Positions 38,940 to 49,596 of a stretch of DNA of 64,000 nt are shown one piece after another. A model generated the notes under the pieces. That model was given only the letters and a program-made list of their open reading frames with translations. It did not search any database and was not told the origin of the DNA. The DNA is from a virus (lineage: Duplodnaviria; Heunggongvirae; Uroviricota; Caudoviricetes). Position 1 is the first letter of the stretch, and every line of letters starts with the position of its first letter. Location of the stretch: positions 1 to 64,000 of the IMG/VR virus record IMGVR_UViG_3300015177_000008, one strand, 5' to 3'. A program made the translations under genes and the position numbers.

Positions 38940-39800
38940 TCTTCGCTATACATGTTGTGTTTTATCTGTCTCAACCTCTCTATAGGCGTTAATGCTCACT
39001 CCTTCCAGAATGTTCTATACGGCGACTATTTCTGTTGGTGAATTGGGTGTGTTGTTTTCTCTGTCGGTGTATGTGGTTTCGTTCGTTTTGCGGTGGTTCT
39101 TCTATGGGGTGTTCTCGTCGTTTTGGTGATTGTTCTTCTCCGTGTATGGAGTAATGGCAGGTGGGCGATTCCTTTCGTTGTTGTGTTTGAGTTGTTTGTC
39201 TGGAGTGTGTGAAAGGCTTTTGTAGTTATTCGTGTATTGGGTAATGGCGTTTCCCGTGATTGTTCTGTTTCGTGTCTTTTGGGATTGAGAGAAACCTTGC
39301 GGTTACAGGCTTCGTTGGGGTTTCAGTGATTCTGGTGTTTCTTCGCTGTTTGGGGAATGGCGTGTCGTGGGTATCGCGCGTATGAATGTTTTCGGATTGC
39401 CTGTGAAAGTTAGGTTGGTTGTCCGGTAGCCTGGGAAGAAGAGGTGGGTCTTTTCGGTAGCCTGCCATAAAGAGGTTGGTTGTTTTTGGTAATGGCATAT
39501 GTGTTATTTAGTTGTTTTGTTATACCTGAAAATAAGTTGTTTATATGGTTGTGTAACGCAACGGGAGCGATTTTGAGCGTGTGTTTTTGTTGGTAGTGTG
39601 TTTGGTCGTCTGCGGTGAAAATTGGACGCTGTGGCGCTGTCTGCTGCGTAGAATTACGGGTATAAGCAGTGATGTGTGAAAACGTCAATTTTTTAGACCA
39701 AATCGGGTGAAAGCGTTGATGTTTCGTTGATCTGTTATTCAGTTGTTTTCTTGATTGTATAAACAACCATAACTTATTGATATTTAAGGATATGATTGCG
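38940..39800. repeat. GT-rich (minus strand CA-rich) ORF-free region with ~100-bp degenerate repeats
   Basis: Repeated GG(G/A)GTAATGGC(G/A) cores at about 39150, 39245, 39355 and 39490; strong strand compositional bias; contains copies of the conserved leader motif. Confidence 0.35.
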
Positions 39801-39897
39801 GGTATGGAAGGGGAGTAGTGGCGATCAACGGATTCTTATAGAAAAGAATCAAATTGTGACCGCCATTATCAACTGATTGATTTGTTTACTTGTGTAG

Positions 39898-40296
39898 TCA
39901 GTTCTCGAAATGAATAGGGTCAACGTAATGCCGCTCACCGCTTTTACCATTACACAGCACTGTAACTTTCGCCTTTTCACTCCAGGCTGAGTATAGAAAG
40001 TTCCCATCAGGTTGAACATGGTAACGAGAGAAGTAAACATCGCCGACTGAGGCGTCGAACATGTTCCTATCTTTTTCACTTTGGGCAAGCGAGATGGATA
40101 TCACCGAATTCCCATTTGGGGAAACGATTTTAAATTTATTCCCTATATCCATAACAATATTGTAACCAGGTAATTGCTTGTGTGTTTCCGGATCTATTTT
40201 CATGCATCGTGGGTACACGATAGTGTTAGGCTCTTCAACTGGCGTGGCATTAGCAGAAAGCACAAAAAATATTAGTGCCAATGGTGCATATTTCAT
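39898..40296 (-). CDS. secreted protein (unknown function)
   Basis: Signal peptide MKYAPLALIFFVLSANA. Confidence 0.5.
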   Translation of the reverse strand: MKYAPLALIFFVLSANATPVEEPNTIVYPRCMKIDPETHKQLPGYNIVMDIGNKFKIVSPNGNSVISISLAQSEKDRNMFDASVGDVYFSRYHVQPDGNFLYSAWSEKAKVTVLCNGKSGERHYVDPIHFEN

Positions 40297-40590
40297 TTAT
40301 CCCTCACAATTTCCAATTTTCCAGACCATCTTCTATTTCAGCGTCAGGGTGGAATTGTACCGCATCAAATCCTACATCGAGCACCTTTCGAATGTTCTTG
40401 ATGGTTTGCTATGTGACACCGTAATCACGCAGCTTTTCTTCCCTCCCCTGACTCCCCCATACTCCGTTTCTGTACCCAATTGAGTCCGAGATCGTATGGT
40501 GCTCGAAACAGATATTTGGTAGACACTCAGAGTCATGCTGTGTAACGAGGGTAGGGCTACTAACTGTCGTCTTATACAATTTGGTGAGTT

Positions 40591-40839
40591 TCAGCATTTT
40601 ACCACCCCGTTCGGAAACAACTCATTCGCCGTAGTTGATATAACCTCCCAATTAACGCCGACATCAGCGTTATGGCATTGTCTGATTTTTTGCATCACCT
40701 GTACGCATTGTTCATCAGTGAGATCTGTCCTTACTTCAGCAATATCTTCTTTGTGCCACATAACCATGAGTAAGGGTTCGTCTTCTGGATAGTTTTTCAG
40801 TTTCTCGATGATTTCTTTTGCTGTTCCAAACATCTTCAT
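40591..40839 (-). CDS. small acidic protein (hypothetical)
   Basis: 82-aa ORF with inverted pair of leader motifs upstream. Confidence 0.4.
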   Translation of the reverse strand: MKMFGTAKEIIEKLKNYPEDEPLLMVMWHKEDIAEVRTDLTDEQCVQVMQKIRQCHNADVGVNWEVISTTANELFPNGVVKC

Positions 40840-40940
40840 CTCCTAAATAATTTGTTTTCTTATGTGGCTTATTATCTCAATCAACAAAAGGTAGAAAACA
40901 AATTGTTTTAGGGCTTGTGTAAATTAGGAGGGATTGTGTC

Positions 40941-40970
40941 TATATGAAAATGCCCAGCGTGTTGCCGGGC
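40941..40970 (-). terminator. metG intrinsic terminator
   Basis: AATGCCC..GGGCATT hairpin plus U-tract just after the metG stop. Confidence 0.5.
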
Positions 40971-40992
40971 ATTGTGAAGAATGGTTGTTTAG

Positions 40993-43026
40993 TTACTTAA
41001 CTTGGTGGCCTGGTTTAGCACCGGCATCCGGGCTTAGCAGGAAAATATCTTTCCCGCCAGGACCGGCAGCCATCACCATGCCTTCGGAGATGCCAAAGCG
41101 CATTTTACGCGGAGCCAGGTTAGCCACCATAATGGTGTGACGACCAATCAGTGCCTGTGGGTCTGGATAAGCAGAACGGATGCCTGAGAAGACATTACGC
41201 TTTTCACCACCGAGATCCAGTGTCAGACGCAGCAGTTTGTCAGAACCTTCTACAAACTCTGCATTTTCAATCAGCGCCACGCGCAGGTCAACTTTGGCGA
41301 AGTCGTCAAAGGTGATAGTTTCCTGAATCGGGTCGTCAGCCAGTGGGCCAGTTACCGGTACGGCTGTGGCTTTCACTTCTTCTTTGGATGCTTCCACCAG
41401 TGCTTCAACCTGCTTCATATCGATGCGGTTATACAGTGCCTTGAACGGATTCACTTTATGGCCCAGCAGCGGTTGCTGGATACCATCCCAGGTCAGTTCC
41501 GTATTGAGGAATGCTTCCGCACGTTCAGTCAGTTTCGGCAGTACCGGTTTCAGGTACGTCATCAGCACGCGGAACAGGTTAATGCCCATAGAGCAAATCG
41601 CTTGCAGATCGGCATCGCGGCCTTCCTGCTTCGCCACCACCCACGGAGCCTGTTCATCGACATAGCGGTTAGCCAGGTCAGCCAATGCCATGATTTCACG
41701 AATCGCTTTACCAAATTCGCGGCTTTCCCATGCTTCACCAATCACTTCAGCGGCATCAGTAAAGGTTTTGTACAGTTGCGGGTCAGCCAGTTCGCCTGCC
41801 AGCACACCGTCAAAACGCTTATTGATAAAGCCCGCGTTACGGGACGCCAGATTCACCACTTTGTTCACGATATCGGCATTCACGCGCTGAACGAAATCCT
41901 CCAGGTTGAGATCGATATCATCAATGCGCGAAGAGAGTTTCGCAGTGTAGTAGTAACGCAGGCTGTCAGCGTCAAAATGATTCAGCCAGGTGCTGGCTTT
42001 AATAAAGGTGCCGCGAGACTTGGACATCTTCGCACCGTTCACCGTCACATAGCCATGAACAAACAGGTTGGTCGGCTTGCGGAAGTTGCTGCCTTCCAGC
42101 ATGGCAGGCCAGAACAGGCTGTGGAAGTAAACGATATCTTTACCGATGAAGTGGTACAGCTCGGCGGTGGAGTCTTTCTTCCAGTATTCGTCGAAGCTGG
42201 TAGTGTCGCCGCGTTTGTCGCACAGATTCTTGAAGGAACCCATGTAGCCAATCGGCGCGTCCAGCCAGACGTAGAAATATTTGCCCGGCGCGTTCGGAAT
42301 TTCAAAACCGAAGTAAGGCGCATCGCGGGAGATATCCCACTGTTGCAGGCCGGATTCAAACCATTCCTGCATTTTGTTCGCCACCTGCTCCTGCAACGCG
42401 CCGCTGCGGGTCCATGCCTGCAACATTTCGCTGAAAGAGGGCAGATCAAAGAAGAAGTGTTCGGAATCACGCATTACCGGGGTAGCGCCAGAAACCACCG
42501 ATTTCGGCTCGATCAATTCAGTCGGGCTATATGTTGCGCCGCAGACTTCACAGTTATCGCCGTATTGATCTGGCGCTTTACATTTCGGGCAGGTGCCTTT
42601 CACAAAACGATCCGGCAGGAACATGCCTTTTTCCGGGTCGTACAACTGAGAGATAGTGCGGTTTTTAATAAAACCGTTCTCTTTCAGGCGAGTATAGATA
42701 AGTTCTGACAACTGGCGGTTCTCTTCGCTGTGCGTCGAGTGATAGTTGTCATAGCTGATGTTAAAGCCTGCGAAATCAGTCTGGTGTTCCTGACTCATTT
42801 CGCCAATCATCTGCTCCGGTGTGATACCAAGCTGCTGTGCTTTCAGCATGATTGGCGTACCGTGGGCATCGTCGGCACAGATGAAATTAACCTCGTGGCC
42901 GCGCATTCGCTGGTAACGAACCCAGACATCAGCCTGGATGTGCTCCAGCATATGGCCGAGGTGGATTGAGCCGTTAGCGTACGGCAGCGCGCACGTCACC
43001 AGAATTTTCTTCGCGACTTGGGTCAT
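40993..43026 (-). CDS. metG: methionine--tRNA ligase
   Basis: Near-identical to my recollection of E. coli MetG ([30 protein letters not shown]); start set at ATG 43024-43026 (677 aa) rather than the upstream TTG of the ORF track. Confidence 0.95.
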   Translation of the reverse strand: MTQVAKKILVTCALPYANGSIHLGHMLEHIQADVWVRYQRMRGHEVNFICADDAHGTPIMLKAQQLGITPEQMIGEMSQEHQTDFAGFNISYDNYHSTHSEENRQLSELIYTRLKENGFIKNRTISQLYDPEKGMFLPDRFVKGTCPKCKAPDQYGDNCEVCGATYSPTELIEPKSVVSGATPVMRDSEHFFFDLPSFSEMLQAWTRSGALQEQVANKMQEWFESGLQQWDISRDAPYFGFEIPNAPGKYFYVWLDAPIGYMGSFKNLCDKRGDTTSFDEYWKKDSTAELYHFIGKDIVYFHSLFWPAMLEGSNFRKPTNLFVHGYVTVNGAKMSKSRGTFIKASTWLNHFDADSLRYYYTAKLSSRIDDIDLNLEDFVQRVNADIVNKVVNLASRNAGFINKRFDGVLAGELADPQLYKTFTDAAEVIGEAWESREFGKAIREIMALADLANRYVDEQAPWVVAKQEGRDADLQAICSMGINLFRVLMTYLKPVLPKLTERAEAFLNTELTWDGIQQPLLGHKVNPFKALYNRIDMKQVEALVEASKEEVKATAVPVTGPLADDPIQETITFDDFAKVDLRVALIENAEFVEGSDKLLRLTLDLGGEKRNVFSGIRSAYPDPQALIGRHTIMVANLAPRKMRFGISEGMVMAAGPGGKDIFLLSPDAGAKPGHQVK

Positions 43027-43183
43027 AGTAGGCATTACTTCTTTGTAGTGAAAAGGGGCTTGATAGTAACAAAATGGCCTTATGTCTGCCATGTGATAAC
43101 AGCATTTCTCATAAATGATTAAATGTCGTAGCTGGAGTACACTACAAGGCGACAATTGCGCAAATTAAAATAAAGGAGACGGG

Positions 43184-44284
43184 ATGAGCGAGTCCAAATC
43201 GCCGGATGCCCTAAGAGCAATGGTAGCCGGTACGTTGGCTAATTTTCAGCACCCAACCCTGAAACACAACCTGACTACGCTTAAAGCGTTACACCATGTT
43301 GCGTTGATGGATGACACACTGCATGTCGAACTAATCATGCCTTTCGTGTGGAATAAGCCTTTTGAAGACCTGAAAGAGCAATGTAGTGGTGATCTGCTCC
43401 GTATCACTGGCGCAAAGGCTATCGACTGGAAGCTGTCGTACAATATTGCCACGCTTAAGCGCGTCAAAAACCAACCAGGCATTAATGGCGTTAAGAACAT
43501 TATCGCCGTCAGCTCAGGCAAGGGCGGCGTGGGTAAATCCTCCACAGCGGTAAACCTGGCACTGGCTTTGGCTGCTGAAGGTGCGAAAGTTGGTATTTTG
43601 GATGCCGATATCTATGGTCCATCAATTCCAACCATGCTGGGCGCGGAAAACCAACGTCCAACCTCACCGGACGGTACTCACATGTCACCTATCATGTCTC
43701 ATGGCCTGGCAACCAACTCTATTGGTTATCTGGTCACCGACGACAATGCAATGGTGTGGCGTGGACCGATGGCCAGCAAGGCGCTGATGCAGATGTTGCA
43801 GGAAACACTGTGGCCTGATCTGGACTATCTCGTTCTCGATATGCCACCGGGCACTGGTGATATTCAATTGACGCTGGCGCAGAACATTCCTGTAACTGGT
43901 GCGGTTGTGGTAACTACGCCGCAAGACATCGCGCTGATCGATGCGAAGAAAGGCATTGTGATGTTCGAAAAAGTCGAAGTGCCGGTACTGGGTATCGTCG
44001 AAAACATGAGTGTGCATATTTGCAGTAACTGCGGTCATCACGAACCAATTTTTGGCACCGGTGGCGCACAGAAACTGGCCGAGAAATACAACACGCAGTT
44101 GTTAGGCCAAATGCCACTTCATATCTCTCTTCGTGAAGATCTGGATAACGGAACACCAACCGTTATTAGTCGTCCAGATAGCGAATTTACGGCTATTTAT
44201 CGTGACCTCGCAGATCGCGTTGCTGCCCAAATGTATTGGCAAGGTGAAGTAATACCTGGCGAAATCGCATTCCGCGCAGTGTGA
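43184..44284 (+). CDS. apbC: Fe-S cluster carrier P-loop ATPase Mrp/ApbC
   Basis: Deviant Walker A SGKGGVGKSS, CxxC; divergent from metG as in E. coli. Confidence 0.95.
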   Translation: MSESKSPDALRAMVAGTLANFQHPTLKHNLTTLKALHHVALMDDTLHVELIMPFVWNKPFEDLKEQCSGDLLRITGAKAIDWKLSYNIATLKRVKNQPGINGVKNIIAVSSGKGGVGKSSTAVNLALALAAEGAKVGILDADIYGPSIPTMLGAENQRPTSPDGTHMSPIMSHGLATNSIGYLVTDDNAMVWRGPMASKALMQMLQETLWPDLDYLVLDMPPGTGDIQLTLAQNIPVTGAVVVTTPQDIALIDAKKGIVMFEKVEVPVLGIVENMSVHICSNCGHHEPIFGTGGAQKLAEKYNTQLLGQMPLHISLREDLDNGTPTVISRPDSEFTAIYRDLADRVAAQMYWQGEVIPGEIAFRAV

Positions 44285-44321
44285 TAAAAAGGCGGTGCAA
44301 TGCACCGCCTAATCAGTTCTC

Positions 44322-44633
44322 CTACATCACGGGACAATCATCAAACTCGCCACTTCTTACGTCGTTGATAATGTGAGTGATCACACCAAACACGGCATTG
44401 CTGCCCGTGCATCCATCGTCATCCTTTGGCAATGCTTCCTTCTTACCGGTTCTTAAATCCTCCAGATGCTGACGTGGATACTTCCGGTATCTTTTTACGC
44501 GATATTCCTCATCCCGAGCACATACAAGAAGAGATCCATCAACAGGAGTGAGTGAGGAATCGACCACCAGCAATGCACCCAGCAATATTCCCTCACGATG
44601 ATGGCTATCCGCCACAGAAGAAGGGAAGCCCAT
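44322..44633 (-). pseudogene. UmuD-like (S24 peptidase family) remnant lacking the catalytic Ser segment
   Basis: GFPSSVAD N-terminus and LLVVDSSLTPVDGSLLVCARDEEYRVKRY core resemble UmuD, but the SGDSM region is missing. Confidence 0.35.
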
Positions 44634-44810
44634 AGCATTTTACCTTATGCATACAGAACAAGCTCAATGTATGCAACAGCGCAATGTCTGGCGGGTAAAA
44701 AAAGACCTTCTTTCCGAAATCCAAGATAGGGAGATCGAATTCGTTAATGAGAAATGTAGTACACATGATTGACCACCTCCAGAGGAGGTGGCCGTTACTA
44801 ATTTATTTAA

Positions 44811-47800
44811 CTACTTTGTTCCTTTCTCTACATCAGCCTTTTTGGCATGAATAGTCACTGTTTTTGACTCAGTTTCGTACCCTCCATATGTAAGGGCAGT
44901 GAATTTCAGTTTATAAACCCCCTCAACAGTGGTACTGAATGTACGAGAACTTTTGCCACTAATGAAATGGGTTATTTTAGCAGGAAGAATTTTGTACATA
45001 TCATCACTCACCCCTTCCGGCGCCTCAACGTCAACCCAAACAGTCCCACCAACGGTATTGTCTCCTTCCATTAAAGTAAGGTTGATCGTTGCAGTTGTGT
45101 TCCCATCAGCCACCAGTTCAGTTACATCAGGAGATACTGTAAGAACCGCATTTTTTTCATCTGCAACGAATTTAGCTTCGGCAGTTTTCGTCGATACCTG
45201 ACTGTTGGTCCGATTAACTGTTGCTGTTAATACATATGTATTGGCTTTCGTTGTGGTAGCAGTGAAAACAGCAATCCCCTGCTCATCGGTTGTTACCTCC
45301 CCATTCGGAGACAGGTTTAACCCCTCTGGACTTGCACTCAAGGTTACCTCACTCCCTCTCAGGAGGTTGTTATTGGCGTCAACAACCTTGATTCTGTAGG
45401 TTTGTTTAGCCTTCCCGTCTGCTAAAGCATAGTTATTTGCTACCGCAATGTCGGCAATGGTTGCTGTAGCTTTATCAGCCACAAACTCGATACTCTGCGT
45501 CGTCGAAGGCTGATTATCTCTTGCTGTAGCTGTGATTTCGTACGTTCCGGCAATCACGGAAACCACCTGCAGTTCAGCTTCCCCACGATCATTGGTTTTA
45601 ATCCAGACATTATCACCAGTAATCGGTTTAACCCCTCTGGGTAAATTAAAGGTAACCAATGTTCCAGGAACCAAGTTGCCGTTTTGATCCTTAACAATCG
45701 CCGTCAACGTAAAGGCATCTGCTCCATTTGCCGCTTTAGGATTGTTGGTATCAACCTGTAGACTTGCATGTCCGGTCCCTGCATCCGCATTGAATTTCAC
45801 TGTCACTGACTTCTGATTGCCATTTACAGAAAACGTAATATTGCGCTCTCCGGCAACAGTTGACATCAGCTCTATATCAGCTTTACCCGCCGCATTGGTT
45901 GTTACAGTATTGCCCGTCTTGCTGGTTACACCTTCAGGCAAAGTCAGCGTAACATTTTGCCCCTGTAACGGGTTGCCATAGGAGTCCACAACGGTCAGTG
46001 TTACCTTGTTAGCTGACTGTCCATTCGCCAGTTGGTTATCCACCTCGACTGAAATGTCGTTGATATTTGCTTCGGTGGTATTACCCACAACCTCCAGCAG
46101 TAAAGGTTTTGAAGCAGCATCTCTGCCGTCTACCCTTGGCCAGATGACTAACTGCCCCGCAGCAGAACCTAAAGTTAATGTAGTAACATAGGTGCCATCG
46201 CTCTGCTCTTTCCATTCGCCTACCGAAGGTTTTTCTGTTCCAGCATTGGCTACACCACTAAATTCTGGTGTCTCAGGTTTCAGGCCACTAATAGGATTAC
46301 CCTTCGCATCCTTCGCCGTATATGTCAGTTTGGTCGTTGTTTTGACTATTGGCGTTCCATTATCCGCAACAAGCGTGGAATTAGTTAATGATATATCCCG
46401 GGCGATAACGGTCAAAATCGCTGCTTCTGAGGCGGCGGGCTGACCATTTATAAGCGGCATAATGCTAATCTCACCCGTTTTTACACCAGCGGTAAGCGTA
46501 GCAATATAGGTGCCGCCGTTTTCCTCAGCCCAATTTGAAATGTTCGCCCCTTCAGCTGCGGCCCCCGTCAGAGTTGCCGATAGAGAAAGACCGCTGATTG
46601 CATTACCATGTGCATCTTTTGCTACCAGCGTCACTATCGTGCTGTCTCCTGCTTTCACTTTATCTGAAGCAACAGAAACCTTCGACTGACCTGAAGATAA
46701 AGCGTCAGCCACAACGATAACTTTAGCTGCATTAGCCGCCGCATCCTGTCCATTGAGTTTCGGCATAACAACTAATTCGCCCACCGTAGTACCCAGAGAA
46801 ATCTGCGCGGTCCATGTTCCATCACCATTATCCGTCCAGCCTGAGACTGAAGAACCCGCAGCGGCTGCACCTGATAATGACGGCGCTTCTGGGGTGATGC
46901 CTGTTACTGGGTTGTTATAAGCATCTTTTGCTGACCAGATTGCCGTAAGCGTACCACCAACCACCGGTTTATCAGGATTCAGAGTGATGGACGAATGTGC
47001 TGCATCAAGCGGCCCGGCAACAAACTTCAGCGTTTGTTGCAATGTGCCCAACTGATACTGATCACTAAAGGCACGCACAACAATGTTTCCGGCACGGGTC
47101 GAAGAAACCGTGGCGCTATAGACCCCCGGCTTTATCTCCGAAATGCTGCCAATGGTAACACCGCTGTTGTCCTGTGGAACAAAGCGCAAACGGCTGGCTT
47201 CTCCCTCCACCGGGTTGCCATCGGTATCCACCGCAGTAAGCGTCAACGTGTAAGATTTCTGACCATCGGCAATCACATCACCTGACGTCTCATTCACACT
47301 CAGAGTCGATTTTGTCACATCCATCATAGTGGTACGCAGTTCAGCCGTGACGGTTTTGCTCATGCCATCAACGCTCACAGTAATGGTTGCTTCACCTGAT
47401 TGCGTACCGGTGGTGAAGACAGACTTGTACACTCCGGCTTCTGTTTCGGTGATCTCACCCAGTGTTGGCTGTGCCTGTGATTTAGCGGACTTAAAGGCCC
47501 GCGTTACGATGTTTCCGGCAGGTTTAAACGTCAGTTCAGTTTTGATCTGATCTTTCATTCCCGTGATTGGCTGTCCCTCGGCGTCTCGCAGAGACAGAAC
47601 CAGCGGCTTTTGCGCACTCCCGTTAGCAAGCATTTGGATACGGCTCTGGCCATCAAGCGTTAACGTAGTACGATCGGCGCTCATACCTGCTCCGGTAATG
47701 ACCACCGCAGTCTGCACACGTTTCGAGGCATTGCCTTTGTTATCGTATGCAACCGCAGAGATCGCGTAATAATTGTCTTTGCCTGCACGATAAGCCGGGA

Positions 47801-49061
47801 GCGTTACTTGCCACTGGTTACCCTGACCGGTAATTTTACCGCCTGCGGCCAGCAAAGACGGTGCTTCCCATTGCACATTTTTCAGGCCGTGAGTTGCTTT
47901 GCTGACCACGAGGCCAAGAGACACCGTCTGCCCGCCCTTACCTTCAATACGGTCTGGCAAGGCAATACGGATCACCTCAGCTTTGCGATACTCAAGAACT
48001 ATATTGTTATTACGTTCAACCAGATCATATCGGCTGCCTGCCAGTACCCGACGCTCGCGAATGCTGTCTGTATCGAGTTGTTTCTCCAGAGGCTCGCCAA
48101 TCCGGTAGTTAACTTCCAGGCCAAAGCGAGTGTCATTCTGACCGCTCTTGCCCTGTTTGTGCTCTGCACTCAGTGTCAGAAGAGGCACTGGCGTGTAATT
48201 CACTTCAGCGGTAATCGCATGTGGATCTTTCTGGCGTTTATCTTTACCAAACAGCCCAACTTCATCGCCATAATACTGTTCATACATCAGGCTTGCGCCA
48301 AGCTGCGGCCAGGCAGGTAAATAACCCTCAGCACGAATATCCCAGCCATTCGCCGGGCGTTCCTGATAATCCTCAACATCCGGTGATTTTTTCCAGCCAG
48401 AAGCCCGGATATAACCATTGGCGCTCAGCTTAAGATAATCACGCCAGTATTCCGTACCAATACCAATGCGGGTATGACTACGAGATAAATCATGGTCAAT
48501 AAAGGTATTCACCCCCGCCATCCAGTCATTACCTGAAAAATGACGCCAGCCAAAACCAATATTTGACTGAGTGCGATCGTCAGTGCGATGTATTGCCCCC
48601 TGAGTGAACAGCATATTTGTCGGCGTGTCATATATCGGATAAAGCATTTCCAGCGAAGAATCCTTCAGCGAGAAATCTTTATCGGCATTCAGTTTGACGC
48701 GCGCGGTGCCATATTTCCCGAGCCACTCCTGGATTTCCTGGGTGGCCTTAGCCGTAGCCATTCCGGTAACAAAGTTGCGAGTCGTATCGCTATCCGGCTG
48801 ACTGCTTAAAAATTTACCGGCATTCGCGGCAACCGACGCGATATTTTTTTCTGTATTATTGTCAGTAGCAACCGCAGTATTTTCCGTACTTAGACGTGGC
48901 AAAGCCGCATTATGCGCTTGAGCTGTCATTGACGGTGTAAAAGTGACAGCTAATGGGAAAAGAACCTGAACAGAGATGTTTGCCCATGCCACACATCTAG
49001 CCAAGGCGGAATAGCGGAAACGTTGTTGTTTATAGGTTTTATTTAAACGTAACATTGACAT
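44811..49061 (-). CDS. invasin/intimin-family inverse autotransporter adhesin with multiple Big_1 Ig-like repeats
   Basis: N-terminal beta-barrel region (GYLPAWPQLGASLMYEQYYGDEVGLF) followed by >10 Ig-like repeats; 1416 aa. Confidence 0.85.
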   Translation of the reverse strand: MSMLRLNKTYKQQRFRYSALARCVAWANISVQVLFPLAVTFTPSMTAQAHNAALPRLSTENTAVATDNNTEKNIASVAANAGKFLSSQPDSDTTRNFVTGMATAKATQEIQEWLGKYGTARVKLNADKDFSLKDSSLEMLYPIYDTPTNMLFTQGAIHRTDDRTQSNIGFGWRHFSGNDWMAGVNTFIDHDLSRSHTRIGIGTEYWRDYLKLSANGYIRASGWKKSPDVEDYQERPANGWDIRAEGYLPAWPQLGASLMYEQYYGDEVGLFGKDKRQKDPHAITAEVNYTPVPLLTLSAEHKQGKSGQNDTRFGLEVNYRIGEPLEKQLDTDSIRERRVLAGSRYDLVERNNNIVLEYRKAEVIRIALPDRIEGKGGQTVSLGLVVSKATHGLKNVQWEAPSLLAAGGKITGQGNQWQVTLPAYRAGKDNYYAISAVAYDNKGNASKRVQTAVVITGAGMSADRTTLTLDGQSRIQMLANGSAQKPLVLSLRDAEGQPITGMKDQIKTELTFKPAGNIVTRAFKSAKSQAQPTLGEITETEAGVYKSVFTTGTQSGEATITVSVDGMSKTVTAELRTTMMDVTKSTLSVNETSGDVIADGQKSYTLTLTAVDTDGNPVEGEASRLRFVPQDNSGVTIGSISEIKPGVYSATVSSTRAGNIVVRAFSDQYQLGTLQQTLKFVAGPLDAAHSSITLNPDKPVVGGTLTAIWSAKDAYNNPVTGITPEAPSLSGAAAAGSSVSGWTDNGDGTWTAQISLGTTVGELVVMPKLNGQDAAANAAKVIVVADALSSGQSKVSVASDKVKAGDSTIVTLVAKDAHGNAISGLSLSATLTGAAAEGANISNWAEENGGTYIATLTAGVKTGEISIMPLINGQPAASEAAILTVIARDISLTNSTLVADNGTPIVKTTTKLTYTAKDAKGNPISGLKPETPEFSGVANAGTEKPSVGEWKEQSDGTYVTTLTLGSAAGQLVIWPRVDGRDAASKPLLLEVVGNTTEANINDISVEVDNQLANGQSANKVTLTVVDSYGNPLQGQNVTLTLPEGVTSKTGNTVTTNAAGKADIELMSTVAGERNITFSVNGNQKSVTVKFNADAGTGHASLQVDTNNPKAANGADAFTLTAIVKDQNGNLVPGTLVTFNLPRGVKPITGDNVWIKTNDRGEAELQVVSVIAGTYEITATARDNQPSTTQSIEFVADKATATIADIAVANNYALADGKAKQTYRIKVVDANNNLLRGSEVTLSASPEGLNLSPNGEVTTDEQGIAVFTATTTKANTYVLTATVNRTNSQVSTKTAEAKFVADEKNAVLTVSPDVTELVADGNTTATINLTLMEGDNTVGGTVWVDVEAPEGVSDDMYKILPAKITHFISGKSSRTFSTTVEGVYKLKFTALTYGGYETESKTVTIHAKKADVEKGTK

Positions 49062-49596
49062 AATTTCTTAATGAACGAGTTAACGAACATTTGCAACTGC
49101 GAGTAAAAGCATTTGCTTCCAGAAATATTTAGATTGGAGTGTCTATGCCCCCAACAGGGCCGCGAATGCTATCACAAACGAAAAAGTGCAACAACACATG
49201 AATTAACTGAGATTTAATGATTGTTAGGCATCTATAACCAAAATGTTGCAACAACTTAAAATCAATGTTACTTGATAATGTATCCCAAATAACAGGAGGA
49301 GCTATTTCAGTACATGAGAGGATGATTATTCTAACAACATGGGAAGTAAAACATTTTTATTATTACATGATCCATAAATTAGAAATAAATGACCTAAGTC
49401 GTGAATAAAGCCTTTTAAGAAATAAAGTCAGCTCTATATCCAAAAAATAACTTTGAGATAATGAACACTATATCACATACCACATCAATTAATAACAACC
49501 TTCTACTTATATAACTTAGAAGTTGGTAGTTATTTATATAAATGCATTATAGTTTGCAAGTGTTTTTAAATGTTCATTTAACGATACTCATGATTT

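Larger units (their letters stand above)
1..40935. mobile_element. lambda-like siphovirus prophage, partial (continues past window start), with accessory right arm ending near the metG terminator
   Basis: Contiguous minus-strand morphogenesis module (tail fibre to terminase) followed by accessory genes; no integrase or att site identified in the window, so boundaries are approximate. Confidence 0.65.

Noticed and set aside
39226-39766. Two overlapping minus-strand ORFs (90 and 118 aa) in the GT-rich region
   Set aside because: Low-complexity Pro/Thr/Gln-rich translations driven by strand composition; no RBS or start context seen.
38940-39800. Possible CRISPR array in the GT-rich repeat region
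   Set aside because: Repeats are degenerate with irregular ~100-bp spacing, there are no unique spacers of uniform length, and no cas genes are present.
41366-42708. 416-aa plus-strand ORF overlapping metG
   Set aside because: Antisense frame within the conserved metG coding sequence.
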